DNA from: Gemmatimonadota bacterium
GTDB taxonomy: Bacteria > Gemmatimonadota > Gemmatimonadetes > Gemmatimonadales > GWC2-71-9
DNA length: 64,000 nucleotides
Assembly: GCA_003222115.1 (NCBI GenBank)
Contig: QHUL01000060.1
Location: 2,351 to 66,350, forward strand
Direction: 5' to 3'
Part shown: positions 1 through 12,521 of the stretch, piece after piece
How positions within the stretch are numbered: the first letter of the stretch is position 1
Layout of the letters: each line of letters begins with the position of its first letter
The notes under the pieces: generated by a model
What the model saw: only the letters and a program-made list of their open reading frames with translations
Told to the model about the DNA's origin: nothing
Databases searched by the model: none
Position numbers and translations under genes: made by a program

Positions 1-936
1 GCCGGCGTGTCGGAGTCTCCCTTCCGGCTGCTGTGCCGCCGCTTCGGGGCGGACGTCGTGGTGTCGGAGTTCATCTCCGCCGTAGGGGTGTCGCGGGGGA
101 TCGCCTCGCTGTTCGCGGACATGCGCTTCGAGGACGCCGAGCGCCCGATCGGGATCCAGCTCTATGGCGCCGACGCCACGGTCATGGCGCGGGCCGCCGA
201 GATGGTGACCGAGGTCTGCAAGCCCGACTTCATCGACATCAACTTCGGCTGTCCCGTGAAGAAGGTGGTGAAGAACAACGGCGGCTCCGGGTGCCTCAAG
301 GACCTGGGGCAGGTGCAAGCGATCATCCGTGCCGTACGCGGGGGGACCCATCTCCCCGTCACCGTGAAGATCCGCAGCGGTTGGGACGACGCTCAGCGCG
401 ACCCGCTCACGATCGCGCTGCGCTGCCGCGAGGCCGGCGCTCAGGCGATCACGCTGCACGCGCGCACTCGCACGCAGATGTTCTCCGGCACCGCTGATTG
501 GGACGAGATCGCCGCGCTGGTGGAGCGGCTCGACATCCCCGTGGTCGGGAACGGGGACATCCGGACGCCCGAGGACATCCTCGCGATGCGGCGGCACACG
601 GGCTGCGCCGGCATCATGATCGCGCGCGGCTCGTTCGGGAACCCGTGGATCTTCGCCCAGGGGCGCGATCTCTTGGCGGGGCGGCCCCGGCGGCGCGACC
701 CGGACCCGGCGAAGCGGTTCGCCGTGGCGCTGGAGCACGCGCGGCTGGCGCTGCGGCTGCAGGGCGACTCCCGCCGCACGGCGCTCGAGTTCCGCAAGCA
801 TTTCGGCTGGTACACGAAGGGAGTGCCGGGCGCGGCCGAGCTGCGTGAGCGGCTGTTCCAGATCGACTCGATGCAGCAAGCGGAGGCGATCTTCGCCGCT
901 TACCTCGAGGAGGCGGCCGTGGAGGTGGCGGCGTGA
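1..936 (+). CDS. dusB: tRNA-dihydrouridine synthase DusB (5' end truncated by window edge)
   Basis: Frame is open from base 1 (AGVSESPFR, the tail of the LAPMAG motif). Contains DINFGCPVKKV, TVKIRSGW, HARTR, GNGDI and MIARG motifs. Confidence 0.93.
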   Translation, partial: AGVSESPFRLLCRRFGADVVVSEFISAVGVSRGIASLFADMRFEDAERPIGIQLYGADATVMARAAEMVTEVCKPDFIDINFGCPVKKVVKNNGGSGCLKDLGQVQAIIRAVRGGTHLPVTVKIRSGWDDAQRDPLTIALRCREAGAQAITLHARTRTQMFSGTADWDEIAALVERLDIPVVGNGDIRTPEDILAMRRHTGCAGIMIARGSFGNPWIFAQGRDLLAGRPRRRDPDPAKRFAVALEHARLALRLQGDSRRTALEFRKHFGWYTKGVPGAAELRERLFQIDSMQQAEAIFAAYLEEAAVEVAA

Positions 937-1619
937 GGCTGGACGAGCTGGGGCGGCTGATCGAGCAGCTGCCATTCGCCCAGATCGATCACCTCCGCCC
1001 GGTGACGCAGGGCCACGCCGAGATCATCTTCGGCTCCGGTAAGACGGCCGCGCAGGTGGTCGCCATTGCCGAGCGGCTCGAGGCGGCGAACGGCGAATTC
1101 CTCGCCACCCGGGTGGAGCCCGCGCAGCGCGACGCGCTGATCGCCCGCTTTCCGCGCGCCGAGTGGAGCGAGCTGGGCCGCACGGTCTATCTCCCGCGGG
1201 ATCCCGAGCCCGCCCCCACCGGGCGCGGCACGGTGCTCGTCGTGACGGCGGGTACGAGTGATCTGCCCGTCGCCGAGGAGGCGGCTGTCACGGCCCGCGC
1301 GTTCCGCAACCGCGTGGAGCGGCTCACGGACGTGGGCGTCGCGGGGATTCACCGCATTCTCACACAGACCGACGCGCTGCGCAGCGCGGCCGTGATCATC
1401 GTGGTCGCCGGGATGGAAGGCGCGTTACCGAGCGTGGTGGGCGGGCTCGTCAGCGTGCCCGTGATCGCGGTGCCGACGAGCGTGGGGTACGGCGCGTCCT
1501 TCGGCGGCCTCGCCGCGCTGCTCGCCATGCTCAACTCGTGCGCGTCGGGCGTCACCGTCGTGAACATCGACAACGGGTTCGGCGCCGCCGCCGCCGCGAG
1601 CCGCATCAACCACTCGTGA
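933..1619 (+). CDS. larB: Nickel pincer cofactor biosynthesis protein LarB (AIR carboxylase-like)
   Basis: TAGTSDLPVAEEA, DVGVAGIHR, VAGMEGALPSVVGGL, PTSVGYG and VVNIDNGFGAA are LarB signatures. GTGA overlap with dusB. Confidence 0.9.
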   Translation: MRLDELGRLIEQLPFAQIDHLRPVTQGHAEIIFGSGKTAAQVVAIAERLEAANGEFLATRVEPAQRDALIARFPRAEWSELGRTVYLPRDPEPAPTGRGTVLVVTAGTSDLPVAEEAAVTARAFRNRVERLTDVGVAGIHRILTQTDALRSAAVIIVVAGMEGALPSVVGGLVSVPVIAVPTSVGYGASFGGLAALLAMLNSCASGVTVVNIDNGFGAAAAASRINHS

Positions 1620-3136
1620 ACCGCCGCGGGGGGTGGCTCGCCCCCGCACTCCTGATCCTCGGCCTCGCCGGCGTCGCGCTGGCGGTCGCTCGTGGCGGGC
1701 GGTGGGCGCTCGTCGCCGCGGCGGGCAGCGCCGCCTTCGTCTGCGGCCTCACCGTGCCGGCGCTCGTGCGGCGGCTTCCCCGGAAACCCCGCGCCCGCGC
1801 GCTCGACTTCTCCCACACCCTCGATCTGCTGCGCCGCGCTCACGACGCCCACGCCTGCTGGGCGGTGGGGCTACGGGAGGGGGACGTCGAGTCGCTGGGC
1901 GAGCGGGAGGTGCACGAGGATCGGCGCCGGCGCGGCGCCGCCCTGGCGCAGCTCGCGTCGGTGGACGGGCGCGTCCACGTCTCCCGGGAGCCCCACGGCA
2001 CCTACGTCGCGGTGGGGGACTTCCCGTACGGGGCGGGCGTCCTGCTCGCGTGGCCGGACGCCGGCGCGGAGTTCACCGATCCTGTGGCGGACGAGTTGCG
2101 CCGGCTCGTCGCGACCATGCGGCTCGCGGAGCTCGAGCTCCCGGAAGCGCAGGGGCTGGTCGTCGCGAAGCAGCTCGCCCTCGCGGCGTCAGGCACGCAG
2201 ACGCTCGAGGGCGTGGCGCGCGCCGCCGTGGAGCTGGCGCAGCCGCTCGCGCAGCGCGGTGCGGCCGTCGTGACGCTCGAGGGGGCGGGGGCCGGCGTGC
2301 ACGTGGTCGCCACCTCCAACCTGGTGGATAAGCGGCTCGCGGGCCTGACGCTGTCTCCCGAGGCGCCGGTCGCCCGCGCCATCCACACCGGCCTCCCAGT
2401 CGTGACAGAGGGGGGCGAGGACGTGTTCGGTCCCGGCGTGCCGGAGCGCCGGCGCAGGGAGCGCGCCGGGACCGCGTATCCGCTGCTCGACGGCCATGTC
2501 GTGGTCGGGGCGCTGGTGCTGATCGGTCCGCCGCTCGACCCGGACGCGCCGGTCGCCGATCAGCTGGGCGGGCTCATGTCGGAGCTGGGCCCCCGACTCG
2601 CGGCGGCTCGGGCGCTGCACGAGGCGGAGCGGCGCGGCCTGCTCGACCCGCTGACGGGGCTCTGCAACCGGCGGGAGTTCGAGCGGGTGCTGGACCGGTA
2701 CCGCGCTGACGTCAAGACTAAGCTCGAGCCGGCCACGCTGGTCTACTCGGATCTGGACCGGTTCAAGGGGCTGAACGACACGCTCGGGCACGCGGCGGGC
2801 GACGCCGCGCTGCGGCACGTGGCCGGCCTGCTCCAGGGAGCGGTGCGGGACGGTGATCTCGTGGCCCGGATCGGTGGCGAGGAGTTCGCGGTGTGGCTGC
2901 CGCGTACGCCGCTGGCAGAGGGCCTCGAGGTCGCCGAGCGCATCCGACGGGGTGTGGAGGGCACGGCGTGGCGCTGGAACGGCGGGACGCACACCATCAC
3001 GATCTCGTGCGGCGTGGCCGGGTTCCCCGATCCCGTGCGCGATGTCGCGAATCTCCGCGGCGCGGCGGACGCCGCGCTGTACCGGGCCAAGCAGGCGGGA
3101 CGCAACCGAGTTGAAAAAGCCACCGCGGCCAGCTAG
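1616..3136 (+). CDS. Membrane-anchored GAF + GGDEF diguanylate cyclase
   Basis: Two N-terminal hydrophobic helices and a GAF-like middle region. DPLTGLCNRR, DLDRFKGLNDTLGHAAGD, RDGD I-site and GGEEF active site. Start placed at the GTG overlapping the larB stop. Confidence 0.88.
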   Translation: MNRRGGWLAPALLILGLAGVALAVARGGRWALVAAAGSAAFVCGLTVPALVRRLPRKPRARALDFSHTLDLLRRAHDAHACWAVGLREGDVESLGEREVHEDRRRRGAALAQLASVDGRVHVSREPHGTYVAVGDFPYGAGVLLAWPDAGAEFTDPVADELRRLVATMRLAELELPEAQGLVVAKQLALAASGTQTLEGVARAAVELAQPLAQRGAAVVTLEGAGAGVHVVATSNLVDKRLAGLTLSPEAPVARAIHTGLPVVTEGGEDVFGPGVPERRRRERAGTAYPLLDGHVVVGALVLIGPPLDPDAPVADQLGGLMSELGPRLAAARALHEAERRGLLDPLTGLCNRREFERVLDRYRADVKTKLEPATLVYSDLDRFKGLNDTLGHAAGDAALRHVAGLLQGAVRDGDLVARIGGEEFAVWLPRTPLAEGLEVAERIRRGVEGTAWRWNGGTHTITISCGVAGFPDPVRDVANLRGAADAALYRAKQAGRNRVEKATAAS

Positions 3137-3148
3137 CTTGCCCCGCGA

Positions 3149-3503
3149 GGGGGCGACAGGCTTCGACGGGTATGACGAGGATGTCGCGGCGTGCCCAGGT
3201 CTCGGTTCCTGGTAAAACCGCTGAGAAACGTTACAACTGCCAATTCAAACCTGGCACTGGCTGCGTAAGCTTCGGCTTCACGCACCTGCGTGAGTGGCAG
3301 CCCGCCTGAGGCGGCGCTCACGTATCGCAAAGTCGGGCTGGCGTGATCCGGGGCCCGAACGGGTCGCGCGAGAGCTGGTAAGGGCTGGTCGCATCCAAGG
3401 CCGGCGAGGCGCCGAGGATGCGAGACCTTTCAAGCGTCGCCTACGCACGTAGAAGCGCATTCGGAGTCACGCTCGGACCGGGGTTCGATTCCCCGCGCCT
3501 CCA
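3149..3503 (+). ncRNA. ssrA: tmRNA (SsrA); tag ORF 3239-3268 encodes ANSNLALAA
   Basis: 5' GGGGGCG pairs with 3' CGCCTCC-A and includes a G3-U wobble (Ala identity). GGCTTCGAC near the 5' end, T-arm GGGTTCGATTCCC, tag ends ALAA-TAA. The 3' CCA is not fully encoded (CTA follows). Confidence 0.95.
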
Positions 3504-3562
3504 CTAAACACCGGGAAACGGCCGGGCTAATGCCGGGGAACCCTAAAGGGCTCCCTACGGTC

Positions 3563-3601
3563 GGGGGGAAGGGTAGCGTCGGTTACCCTTCCCCCTTTTT
3601 T
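3563..3601 (+). terminator. Intrinsic terminator downstream of tmRNA
   Basis: GGGGGAAGGGTAGC-gtcg-GTTACCCTTCCCCC stem followed by T6. Confidence 0.85.
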
Positions 3602-3621
3602 CGTTCGCAAGGGAGGTCGAG

Positions 3622-4302
3622 ATGAACGCGGTGCTCGATCTGGTGAAGGTCCTGTACGAGCCGGGCGCGGTGTTCGAGCGACTCCGGGAGAAGCCCAGCT
3701 TCTGGCAGCCGTTCATCGCGATCTGCGTCGTGCAGCTCGTGCTGGGGGTGCTCCAGCTACCCTATACGAAGGCTGCGATGGCGGCGCAGTTTGCCGTGAT
3801 GCCAGCCCGCGGCGGGGCGAGCGCGCCGGACCCGTCCAAGTTCGCCATGATCGGCCTGTTGTTCCTCCCCATCGGCCTGCTGCTGATCTTCCTGATCCTG
3901 GCGGCGCTCTTGTGGGTGCTGACCTCGGTGTTCGCGGGCGACGCCAAGTTCGCGACGTTGCTCAGCGTCACGACCTACGCGGGCATCACGTTCGTGCTGC
4001 TGAGCGTGGCCGGCCTCGCGACCCTGATGCTCAAGGGCGTGCAGGGCATCACGTCGCCCGCCGACCTGCAACCCGCGCTGGGACTCGATCTGCTCGTTCC
4101 CGAAGCCGGCCGTTTCACGACGGCGCTGCTCAAGGCATTCAACCCGTTCTCGATCTGGGGCGTGATTCTGACCGCGATCGGCATCCAGACAACCCACCGC
4201 ACGTCGAAGGGGACGGCGTACACGGTGGCGGCCGTGGCGTTCCTGATCGGCACGCTGATCGGCGCGGGGTTCGCGATGCTCGGCCCCGGCGCGAAGTCGT
4301 GA
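3622..4302 (+). CDS. Yip1-family membrane protein
   Basis: GGAGG Shine-Dalgarno; N-terminal VLYEPGAVFERLREKP; about 5 TM helices; NPFSIWG motif. Confidence 0.75.
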   Translation: MNAVLDLVKVLYEPGAVFERLREKPSFWQPFIAICVVQLVLGVLQLPYTKAAMAAQFAVMPARGGASAPDPSKFAMIGLLFLPIGLLLIFLILAALLWVLTSVFAGDAKFATLLSVTTYAGITFVLLSVAGLATLMLKGVQGITSPADLQPALGLDLLVPEAGRFTTALLKAFNPFSIWGVILTAIGIQTTHRTSKGTAYTVAAVAFLIGTLIGAGFAMLGPGAKS

Positions 4303-4312
4303 GCGTGGAGCC

Positions 4313-6976
<2,664 letters not shown>

Positions 6977-6982
6977 GGTGGG

Positions 6983-8383
6983 TCAGGAGCTGATGGCGGC
7001 GAGGAGCGGCGCGGCGTGGCGCGCCCGCTCCAGGTCGTCGGGGATCTCCGTGGGGTAGTCGCCCGAGAAGCACGCGTGGCAGAACTCCGCGGGCTCGCCC
7101 CCCGCCGCCCGCAGCATGCCCTCGAGCGAGAGGTAGCCGAGCGAGTCGACGCCCAGGTGCTCGCGGATCTGCGCGATCGAGTGGCTGGCGCCGATCAGCT
7201 CGCCCTTGGTGGGCGTGTCGATCCCGTAGTAGCAGGGCCCGGTGATGGGCGGCGACGCGACGCGGAAGTGCACCTCCGTCGCCCCCGCCTGGCGGATCAG
7301 CTGCACCAGCGCCCGGCTCGTAGTGCCGCGCACGATCGAGTCGTCCACCACGACGACCTTCTTCCCTGCGAGGACCTCCCGCACGGGGTTGAACTTGATC
7401 TTCACCTTGGCCGTGCGACCCGCCTGCGCCGGATGGATGAACGTCCGGCCCACGTAGTGGTTGCGGATCAGCGCGTGCTCGAGCTTGATCCCGGTGGCCT
7501 CGGAGTAGCCCAGCGCCATGGCGTTCGAGGAGTCGGGCACCGAGAACACGCAGTCCGCGCCGGAGGCGGGATGCTCGCGCGCCAGCTCGCGCCCCAGGGC
7601 CCGGCGCACGCGATCGACCGAGCGGTGGAACACGGTGCTGTCGGGCCGCGAGAAGTACACCAGCTCGAAGATGCAGCGGTGCGACGGCTTGACGGGGAGC
7701 CGTGGCAGTTCGTCCAGCTCGTCGCCGTGCAGGCGCAGGAACTCGCCGGGCTCGACCTCGCGGCACGGCGTCGCCCCGATGATGTCGAGCGCGCATGTCT
7801 CCGAGGCGACGACCCACCCCCGCCCCAGCCGGCCCAGCACGAGCGGCCGGAAGCCGCGCCCGTCCACGATGGCGTACAGCGTGCGCCCGATCGTGATCAC
7901 GAGCGAATAGGCGCCCTCCACCCGCTCCAGCGCGTCGAGGATCTGGTCCTCGGGCTCTCGCGCCTCGGACCGGGCGATCAGGTGCACCAGCACCTCGCTG
8001 TCCGACGAGCTCTGGAAGATGGAGCCCTTGGTGACGAGATCGGCGCGCAGCTGCACGGCGTTCGTCAGGTTGCCGTTGTGGGCCAGGGCGAGGGGCCCCT
8101 CGCGGTAGCCGGCGAGCATTGGCTGGGCGTTGGCGAGCACCGAGGAGCCGGCGGTGGAATAGCGGGTGTGCCCCACCGCCACGTCCCCCGCGAGGCCCGC
8201 CAGCACCGGCTCGGCGAAGATGTCCGACACGAGCCCCATGCCGCGGTGGGAGCGCGCCACCCCTGCGCCGTCCACCGCGACGATGCCCGCCGACTCCTGG
8301 CCGCGATGTTGCAGGCTGTAGAGGCCGAGGTAGGCGAGCCGCGCCGCGTCGGGGATTCCGGTAACGCCGATGATGCCGCACAT
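6983..8383 (-). CDS. purF: Amidophosphoribosyltransferase
   Basis: N-terminal MCGIIG (Ntn nucleophile), LQHRGQESAG, VVVVDDSIVRGTT PRPP motif, Fe-S cysteines (CHAC). Confidence 0.96.
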   Translation of the reverse strand: MCGIIGVTGIPDAARLAYLGLYSLQHRGQESAGIVAVDGAGVARSHRGMGLVSDIFAEPVLAGLAGDVAVGHTRYSTAGSSVLANAQPMLAGYREGPLALAHNGNLTNAVQLRADLVTKGSIFQSSSDSEVLVHLIARSEAREPEDQILDALERVEGAYSLVITIGRTLYAIVDGRGFRPLVLGRLGRGWVVASETCALDIIGATPCREVEPGEFLRLHGDELDELPRLPVKPSHRCIFELVYFSRPDSTVFHRSVDRVRRALGRELAREHPASGADCVFSVPDSSNAMALGYSEATGIKLEHALIRNHYVGRTFIHPAQAGRTAKVKIKFNPVREVLAGKKVVVVDDSIVRGTTSRALVQLIRQAGATEVHFRVASPPITGPCYYGIDTPTKGELIGASHSIAQIREHLGVDSLGYLSLEGMLRAAGGEPAEFCHACFSGDYPTEIPDDLERARHAAPLLAAISS

Positions 8384-8391
8384 CTGTGCCG

Positions 8392-10665
8392 TCAGTCTCC
8401 TAGGCGACGAGGGATCGCCGTGAAATATACCTCGCGGAGCTCCCCAACGGGGCGGTCGATCGTGGCGTCGCGCAGTCGCAGCCGCACACGTCCGCCGCGC
8501 TCGCCCACGGTCCCCCCGCGGTGAATCGGGACGCCGTGCTCTTGCGCCAGCGCCGTCACGGCGGCGGCGCGCTCGGGGGAGCATGTGATGACGGCTCGGC
8601 CGTGAGACTCGCTGAAGAGCAAATCGAGAGCCGTAAGCCGTAAGGCGTAAGTCGTAAGATCTACCTCGAGCCCGAAGCCGGTTTGCTCGTACGGCCCGCC
8701 CATCGCGATCTCGGCGAGCGCGACGCCGAGCCCGCCGTGCGAGCAGTCGTGCGCGGAGCGCACCAGCCCCCCCCCCGCGACGGCGGCCGCCACGAGGAAG
8801 TCGATGAGGCGCCGCTCGGCCTCCAGGTCGACCCGCGGGGGCTCGCCACACACGGCCCCGTGCATCACCTCCCACAGCGCGGAGCCGCCCAGCTCGGGCC
8901 GCGTCTCCCCGAGCACAAGGACGACGTCGTTCCGCTCCCGCGCGTGGCTCGGGACGGCGCGGTCGGCCCGGCCGAGCAGTCCCACCATCCCGACGACCGG
9001 CGTGGGATCCACGGCACCGGTCGGGCTCTCGTTGTAGAAGGACACGTTGCCGCCGGTCACGGGCGTGCCGAGCGCGCGGCAGGCGTCGGCGATGCCGCGG
9101 CAGGCCTCCTGGAACTGATAGAACACCGCCGGCCGCTCGGGGCTGCCGAAGTTGAGGCAGTCGGTGATGCCGAGGGGCCGTGCGCCGGTGCAGGCGACGT
9201 TGCGGGCGGCTTCGGCGACCGCGGCCTTGCCGCCCTCATAGGGGTCGAGCAGGACGTAGCGGGCGTTACCGTCCGTGCACACGGCGAGGCCCCAGTCGGC
9301 GCCGCGCACGCGGATCACGGCCGCGTCGCCCCCCCCCGGGCCGAGGGCGGTACCGGCTTGCACGGTCGAGTCGTACTGCTCGTACGCCCAGCGTTTCGAC
9401 GCGATGGGCGGGTGGTCGAGGAGGCGGAGAAGGACCTCGTCGGGCGGGGGCGTGGGGACGTGGGGCGTAGGGCGTTGGCGGCGGAGTGCCACGATCCGGG
9501 GATCCTCCTTCGCCTCCGGATGATAGACCGGGCAGTCCTCGATCAGCCGTCGGCCCGGAATTTCGGCGACGACCTGATCCCGCCACGTCACCCGGTACAG
9601 CCCGTCGTCGGTGACGCGGCCGATCGGCGTCGCCTCGAGCTCCCACTTCGCGGCGATCGCCTGGACGTCCGCCACGCGGTCGGCCTTCGCCACGACCAGC
9701 ATCCGCTCCTGCGACTCGGAGAGCAGGATCTCGTAGGGCGTCATCCCGGCCTCGCGCGCCGGCACCAGAGCCGCGTCGATCTCCACGCCCGCCCCGCCGC
9801 GGGCGGCCATCTCCGCCGACGACGACGTCAGGCCGGCCGCCCCCATGTCCTGAATGGCCACGATGTGCCCCGAGGTGATGAGCTCCAGGCTCGCCTCGAG
9901 CAGCAGCTTCTCGGTGAAGGGGTCGCCCACCTGGACCTGGGGGCGGCGCCGCTCGCTTTCGTGCGTCAGCTCTTCCGACGCGAAGGAGGCGCCGTGGATG
10001 CCGTCGCGCCCGGTGCGCGATCCCACGACGAGGAGCACGTTGCCCACGCCGTGCGCCGCGGCCGTGATGAGATCCCGCTCCCGCAGGACGCCCACGCACA
10101 TCGCGTTCACGAGCGGGTTCCCCGCATAGCCCGGGCCGAAGTCCACCTCCCCGCCGACCGTGGGGACGCCCACGCAGTTGCCGTAATCCCCGATCCCGCG
10201 CACCACGCCCGTGACGAGGTAGCGGTTGCGCGCTTCGTCGAGCGCGCCGAAGCGCAGGCTGTTGAGCAGCGCCACGGGGCGGGCGCCCATGGTGAAGACG
10301 TCGCGCAGGATGCCGCCCACGCCGGTCGCGGCGCCCTGGTAGGGCTCCACCGCCGACGGGTGGTTGTGCGACTCGATCTTGAACGCCACGGCCCAGCCGT
10401 CGGGGAGCCGCAGGACCCCCGCGTTCTCGCCCGGCCCCTGGACCACCTGGGGGCCCGTGGTGGGCAGCGTCTTGAGGATCGGCTTGGAGTGCTTGTAGGA
10501 GCAGTGCTCGCTCCACAGGGCGGAGAAGATGCCCAGCTCGGCGAAGGTGGCCGGACGCCCGAGCAGTGCTTCGATGCGGGCGTATTCGGCGGCGGTCAGG
10601 TTGTGCTCGCGGGCGAGCTCGGGCGTGATCGGCGGATCGCCGGGGAAGGGGGTCGCCCGGGTCAC
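8392..10665 (-). CDS. purL: FGAM synthase subunit PurL (small type)
   Basis: [35 protein letters not shown]. Start at the GTG overlapping the upstream stop. Confidence 0.96.
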   Translation of the reverse strand: MTRATPFPGDPPITPELAREHNLTAAEYARIEALLGRPATFAELGIFSALWSEHCSYKHSKPILKTLPTTGPQVVQGPGENAGVLRLPDGWAVAFKIESHNHPSAVEPYQGAATGVGGILRDVFTMGARPVALLNSLRFGALDEARNRYLVTGVVRGIGDYGNCVGVPTVGGEVDFGPGYAGNPLVNAMCVGVLRERDLITAAAHGVGNVLLVVGSRTGRDGIHGASFASEELTHESERRRPQVQVGDPFTEKLLLEASLELITSGHIVAIQDMGAAGLTSSSAEMAARGGAGVEIDAALVPAREAGMTPYEILLSESQERMLVVAKADRVADVQAIAAKWELEATPIGRVTDDGLYRVTWRDQVVAEIPGRRLIEDCPVYHPEAKEDPRIVALRRQRPTPHVPTPPPDEVLLRLLDHPPIASKRWAYEQYDSTVQAGTALGPGGGDAAVIRVRGADWGLAVCTDGNARYVLLDPYEGGKAAVAEAARNVACTGARPLGITDCLNFGSPERPAVFYQFQEACRGIADACRALGTPVTGGNVSFYNESPTGAVDPTPVVGMVGLLGRADRAVPSHARERNDVVLVLGETRPELGGSALWEVMHGAVCGEPPRVDLEAERRLIDFLVAAAVAGGGLVRSAHDCSHGGLGVALAEIAMGGPYEQTGFGLEVDLTTYALRLTALDLLFSESHGRAVITCSPERAAAVTALAQEHGVPIHRGGTVGERGGRVRLRLRDATIDRPVGELREVYFTAIPRRLGD
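8631..8658. repeat. Four tandem heptamers NCGTAAG inside purL
   Basis: ccgtaag ccgtaag gcgtaag tcgtaag; the purL frame reads [10 protein letters not shown] here. Confidence 0.85.
9451..9479. repeat. CGTGGGG-type heptamer run inside purL linker
   Basis: cgtgggg a cgtgggg cgtaggg cgttggc; encodes RPTPHVPTP. Confidence 0.6.
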
Positions 10666-10985
10666 GCGTCCGGCACCTTCGCCCCGGTGACGCCCCGCAT
10701 CACCGTGCGGAAGACGCGATTGATGATGCCGGACTCGTGCTGCAGCAGGGTCTCGACCTCGCCCTTGTCGAACCACACGCCATGACAGTGCGTGCACTGG
10801 TCGACCTGGATGCCATGCCATTCCCCCGTGATCAGGTCGTAACCGCACTTGGGGCACTTCATGTGGTGCGAGCGCCGCTCGGCTTCGGTCTGGGCCTTCC
10901 TGGCGGCCTCGCGCTGCTGGCGTAGCAGCTCGGCGTCGCGCCGGGCGAAGTACTCCTCTTCGTTCTTGCTGGGCTTCTCCGCCAT
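10662..10985 (-). CDS. Small zinc-ribbon protein (zf-TFIIB-like) with N-terminal helix
   Basis: CPKCG...[17 protein letters not shown]-terminal [13 protein letters not shown]. Confidence 0.8.
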   Translation of the reverse strand: MAEKPSKNEEEYFARRDAELLRQQREAARKAQTEAERRSHHMKCPKCGYDLITGEWHGIQVDQCTHCHGVWFDKGEVETLLQHESGIINRVFRTVMRGVTGAKVPDA

Positions 10986-10988
10986 GGC

Positions 10989-11609
10989 TCAGGGTGTGGA
11001 GGGTGGACGCACGGTCAGCGTGTCGCCTCCGGGCGTGTAGTGCGGCTTGGTCGCCTTCGGCGACGAAGACTGTCCGCTGTAGCGGTGACCCTCCCACCGC
11101 AGCACGGCATCGACCACCTGGCCGTTCTGGAGCGTCACCAGGTCGAGCATGCCGCACGAGTACTCGCACGCATTCCTGAAGTAGAGGTACGTGTACTCGC
11201 CGGAATGCCGCACCGCGGCTGCCGGCCCCCACAGGGAATACACATCGGTCTCGCTCATTCCAGGCGCGATGGTGCCCGTGTCGTCGGAGACGTAGGGCTC
11301 GTCGCGCGACGGCCGCGGGATGTCGGGTGCCCGGGCCGTGGCCGGGAGGCGCGGCGGTCGAGCCGGGGGCTTGGAGGGAGGCGCGGGCGCAGGCCTGGCC
11401 CCGGGGCTGAGGGGGTTGGGCTCGGCGGGGACGGGCGCCGGCGGTTGCGGTTGGGGAGCGACCGGCTGCGCCGGACGCCCGCGGTTGATGAAGCGCTCCC
11501 GCGCCGCGGCGATCTTCTCCCGGACTTTCGCGACCTGCTCGTTGACCTGCTTACACCCCAGGGTGGCGGTCGCCAACAGCGCGCACACCCACAGCGTGCT
11601 GCGTCGCAT
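10989..11609 (-). CDS. Hypothetical lipoprotein with Pro-rich linker and BamE/SmpA-like C-terminal domain
   Basis: Lipobox LATATLG-C after a GGAGG Shine-Dalgarno; Pro-rich linker; [14 protein letters not shown] resembles the SmpA_OmlA motif. Confidence 0.6.
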   Translation of the reverse strand: MRRSTLWVCALLATATLGCKQVNEQVAKVREKIAAARERFINRGRPAQPVAPQPQPPAPVPAEPNPLSPGARPAPAPPSKPPARPPRLPATARAPDIPRPSRDEPYVSDDTGTIAPGMSETDVYSLWGPAAAVRHSGEYTYLYFRNACEYSCGMLDLVTLQNGQVVDAVLRWEGHRYSGQSSSPKATKPHYTPGGDTLTVRPPSTP

Positions 11610-12267
11610 GTCCAGCCTCCATCGAGAGAAAGAGACGGGCACCATCCTGGCCGCCCAGGACCGGGGCGATCCGTCGCTCCGGGTGGGGCATGATCCCGAC
11701 CACGTTGCGGCCGGCGTTACAGATGCCGGCGATGTCGTTCGTCGAGCCGTTCGGGTTGTCGCGCACGTAGCGCCACACCACCTGCCCGCCGGCTTCGAGC
11801 TCGGCCGCCGTGCGCGGGTCCGCCGCGTAGCGGCCGTCGCCGTGGGCGATGGGCAGCTCGAGCACTTCGCCGCGCTCGTATAGGCAGGTGAACGGCGTGT
11901 CGGTGGCTTCCACCCGCACCGACACGGGGCGGGAGAGGAAGCGCAGTCCGGCGTTCCGCATCAGCGCGCCCGGCAGCAGGCCGGCCTCGCACAGGATCTG
12001 GAAGCCGTTGCAGATCCCGAGCAGCTGCCCTCCCGCCCGCGCGTGCTCGGCGACGGCCGCCATGACCGGCGAGAAGCGCGCGATCGCCCCGGAGCGAAGA
12101 TAGTCGCCGTAGCTGAAGCCGCCGGGCAGGATCACGACGTCGGCCTGCCCGAGGTCCCGCTCGCGGTGCCACACGACGTATGCCTCGCACCCGGCAGCGC
12201 GGGCGGCGTGGAGCGTGTCGGCGTCGCAGTTCGATCCGGGGAACACCACCACCGCGACGCGGCGCAT
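11551..12267 (-). CDS. purQ: FGAM synthase glutaminase subunit PurQ
   Basis: [37 protein letters not shown]. Confidence 0.95.
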   Translation of the reverse strand: MRRVAVVVFPGSNCDADTLHAARAAGCEAYVVWHRERDLGQADVVILPGGFSYGDYLRSGAIARFSPVMAAVAEHARAGGQLLGICNGFQILCEAGLLPGALMRNAGLRFLSRPVSVRVEATDTPFTCLYERGEVLELPIAHGDGRYAADPRTAAELEAGGQVVWRYVRDNPNGSTNDIAGICNAGRNVVGIMPHPERRIAPVLGGQDGARLFLSMEAGHATQHAVGVRAVGDRHPGV

Positions 12268-12521
12268 CAGGCGGCCTCCACCAGCACCGAGTAGTCCTCC
12301 GTGACGGGATTGGCGAGCAGCCGGTCGCACATGGCGCGGGCCCGCGCCGCGGCTTCGTCCTTGCTGGGCGCCGTGACGTCGAGGACGAGGTGCTTGCCGA
12401 TGCGCACCGCGGTCACCTCGTCGAACCCCAGCGCGTGCAGGGCGTGCTCGACGGCCCGGCCCTGGGGATCAAGCAGCGTGGCCCGCGGCATCACGCGGAC
12501 CTCCACGCGGAACGCCTTCAT
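12267..12521 (-). CDS. purS: FGAM synthase subunit PurS
   Basis: [28 protein letters not shown]. Confidence 0.93.
   Translation of the reverse strand: MKAFRVEVRVMPRATLLDPQGRAVEHALHALGFDEVTAVRIGKHLVLDVTAPSKDEAAARARAMCDRLLANPVTEDYSVLVEAA

Noticed and set aside
2640..3136. Hypr-type (cGAMP-forming) GGDEF
   Set aside because: The specificity position in GHAAGD is the canonical Asp, not Ser, so an ordinary diguanylate cyclase is the better call.
3504..3600. c-di-GMP-I/cGAMP (GEMM) riboswitch upstream of the Yip1 gene
   Set aside because: ACTAAAC, GAAA and CTAA fragments are present, but the P2 stem and the GCAAA/GGAAAG junction are not. The T-tailed hairpin is adequately explained as the tmRNA terminator.
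3149..3620. tmRNA as an integration site for a genomic island
   Set aside because: No integrase and no duplicated tmRNA 3' end were seen in the window; the flanking genes are ordinary chromosomal genes.
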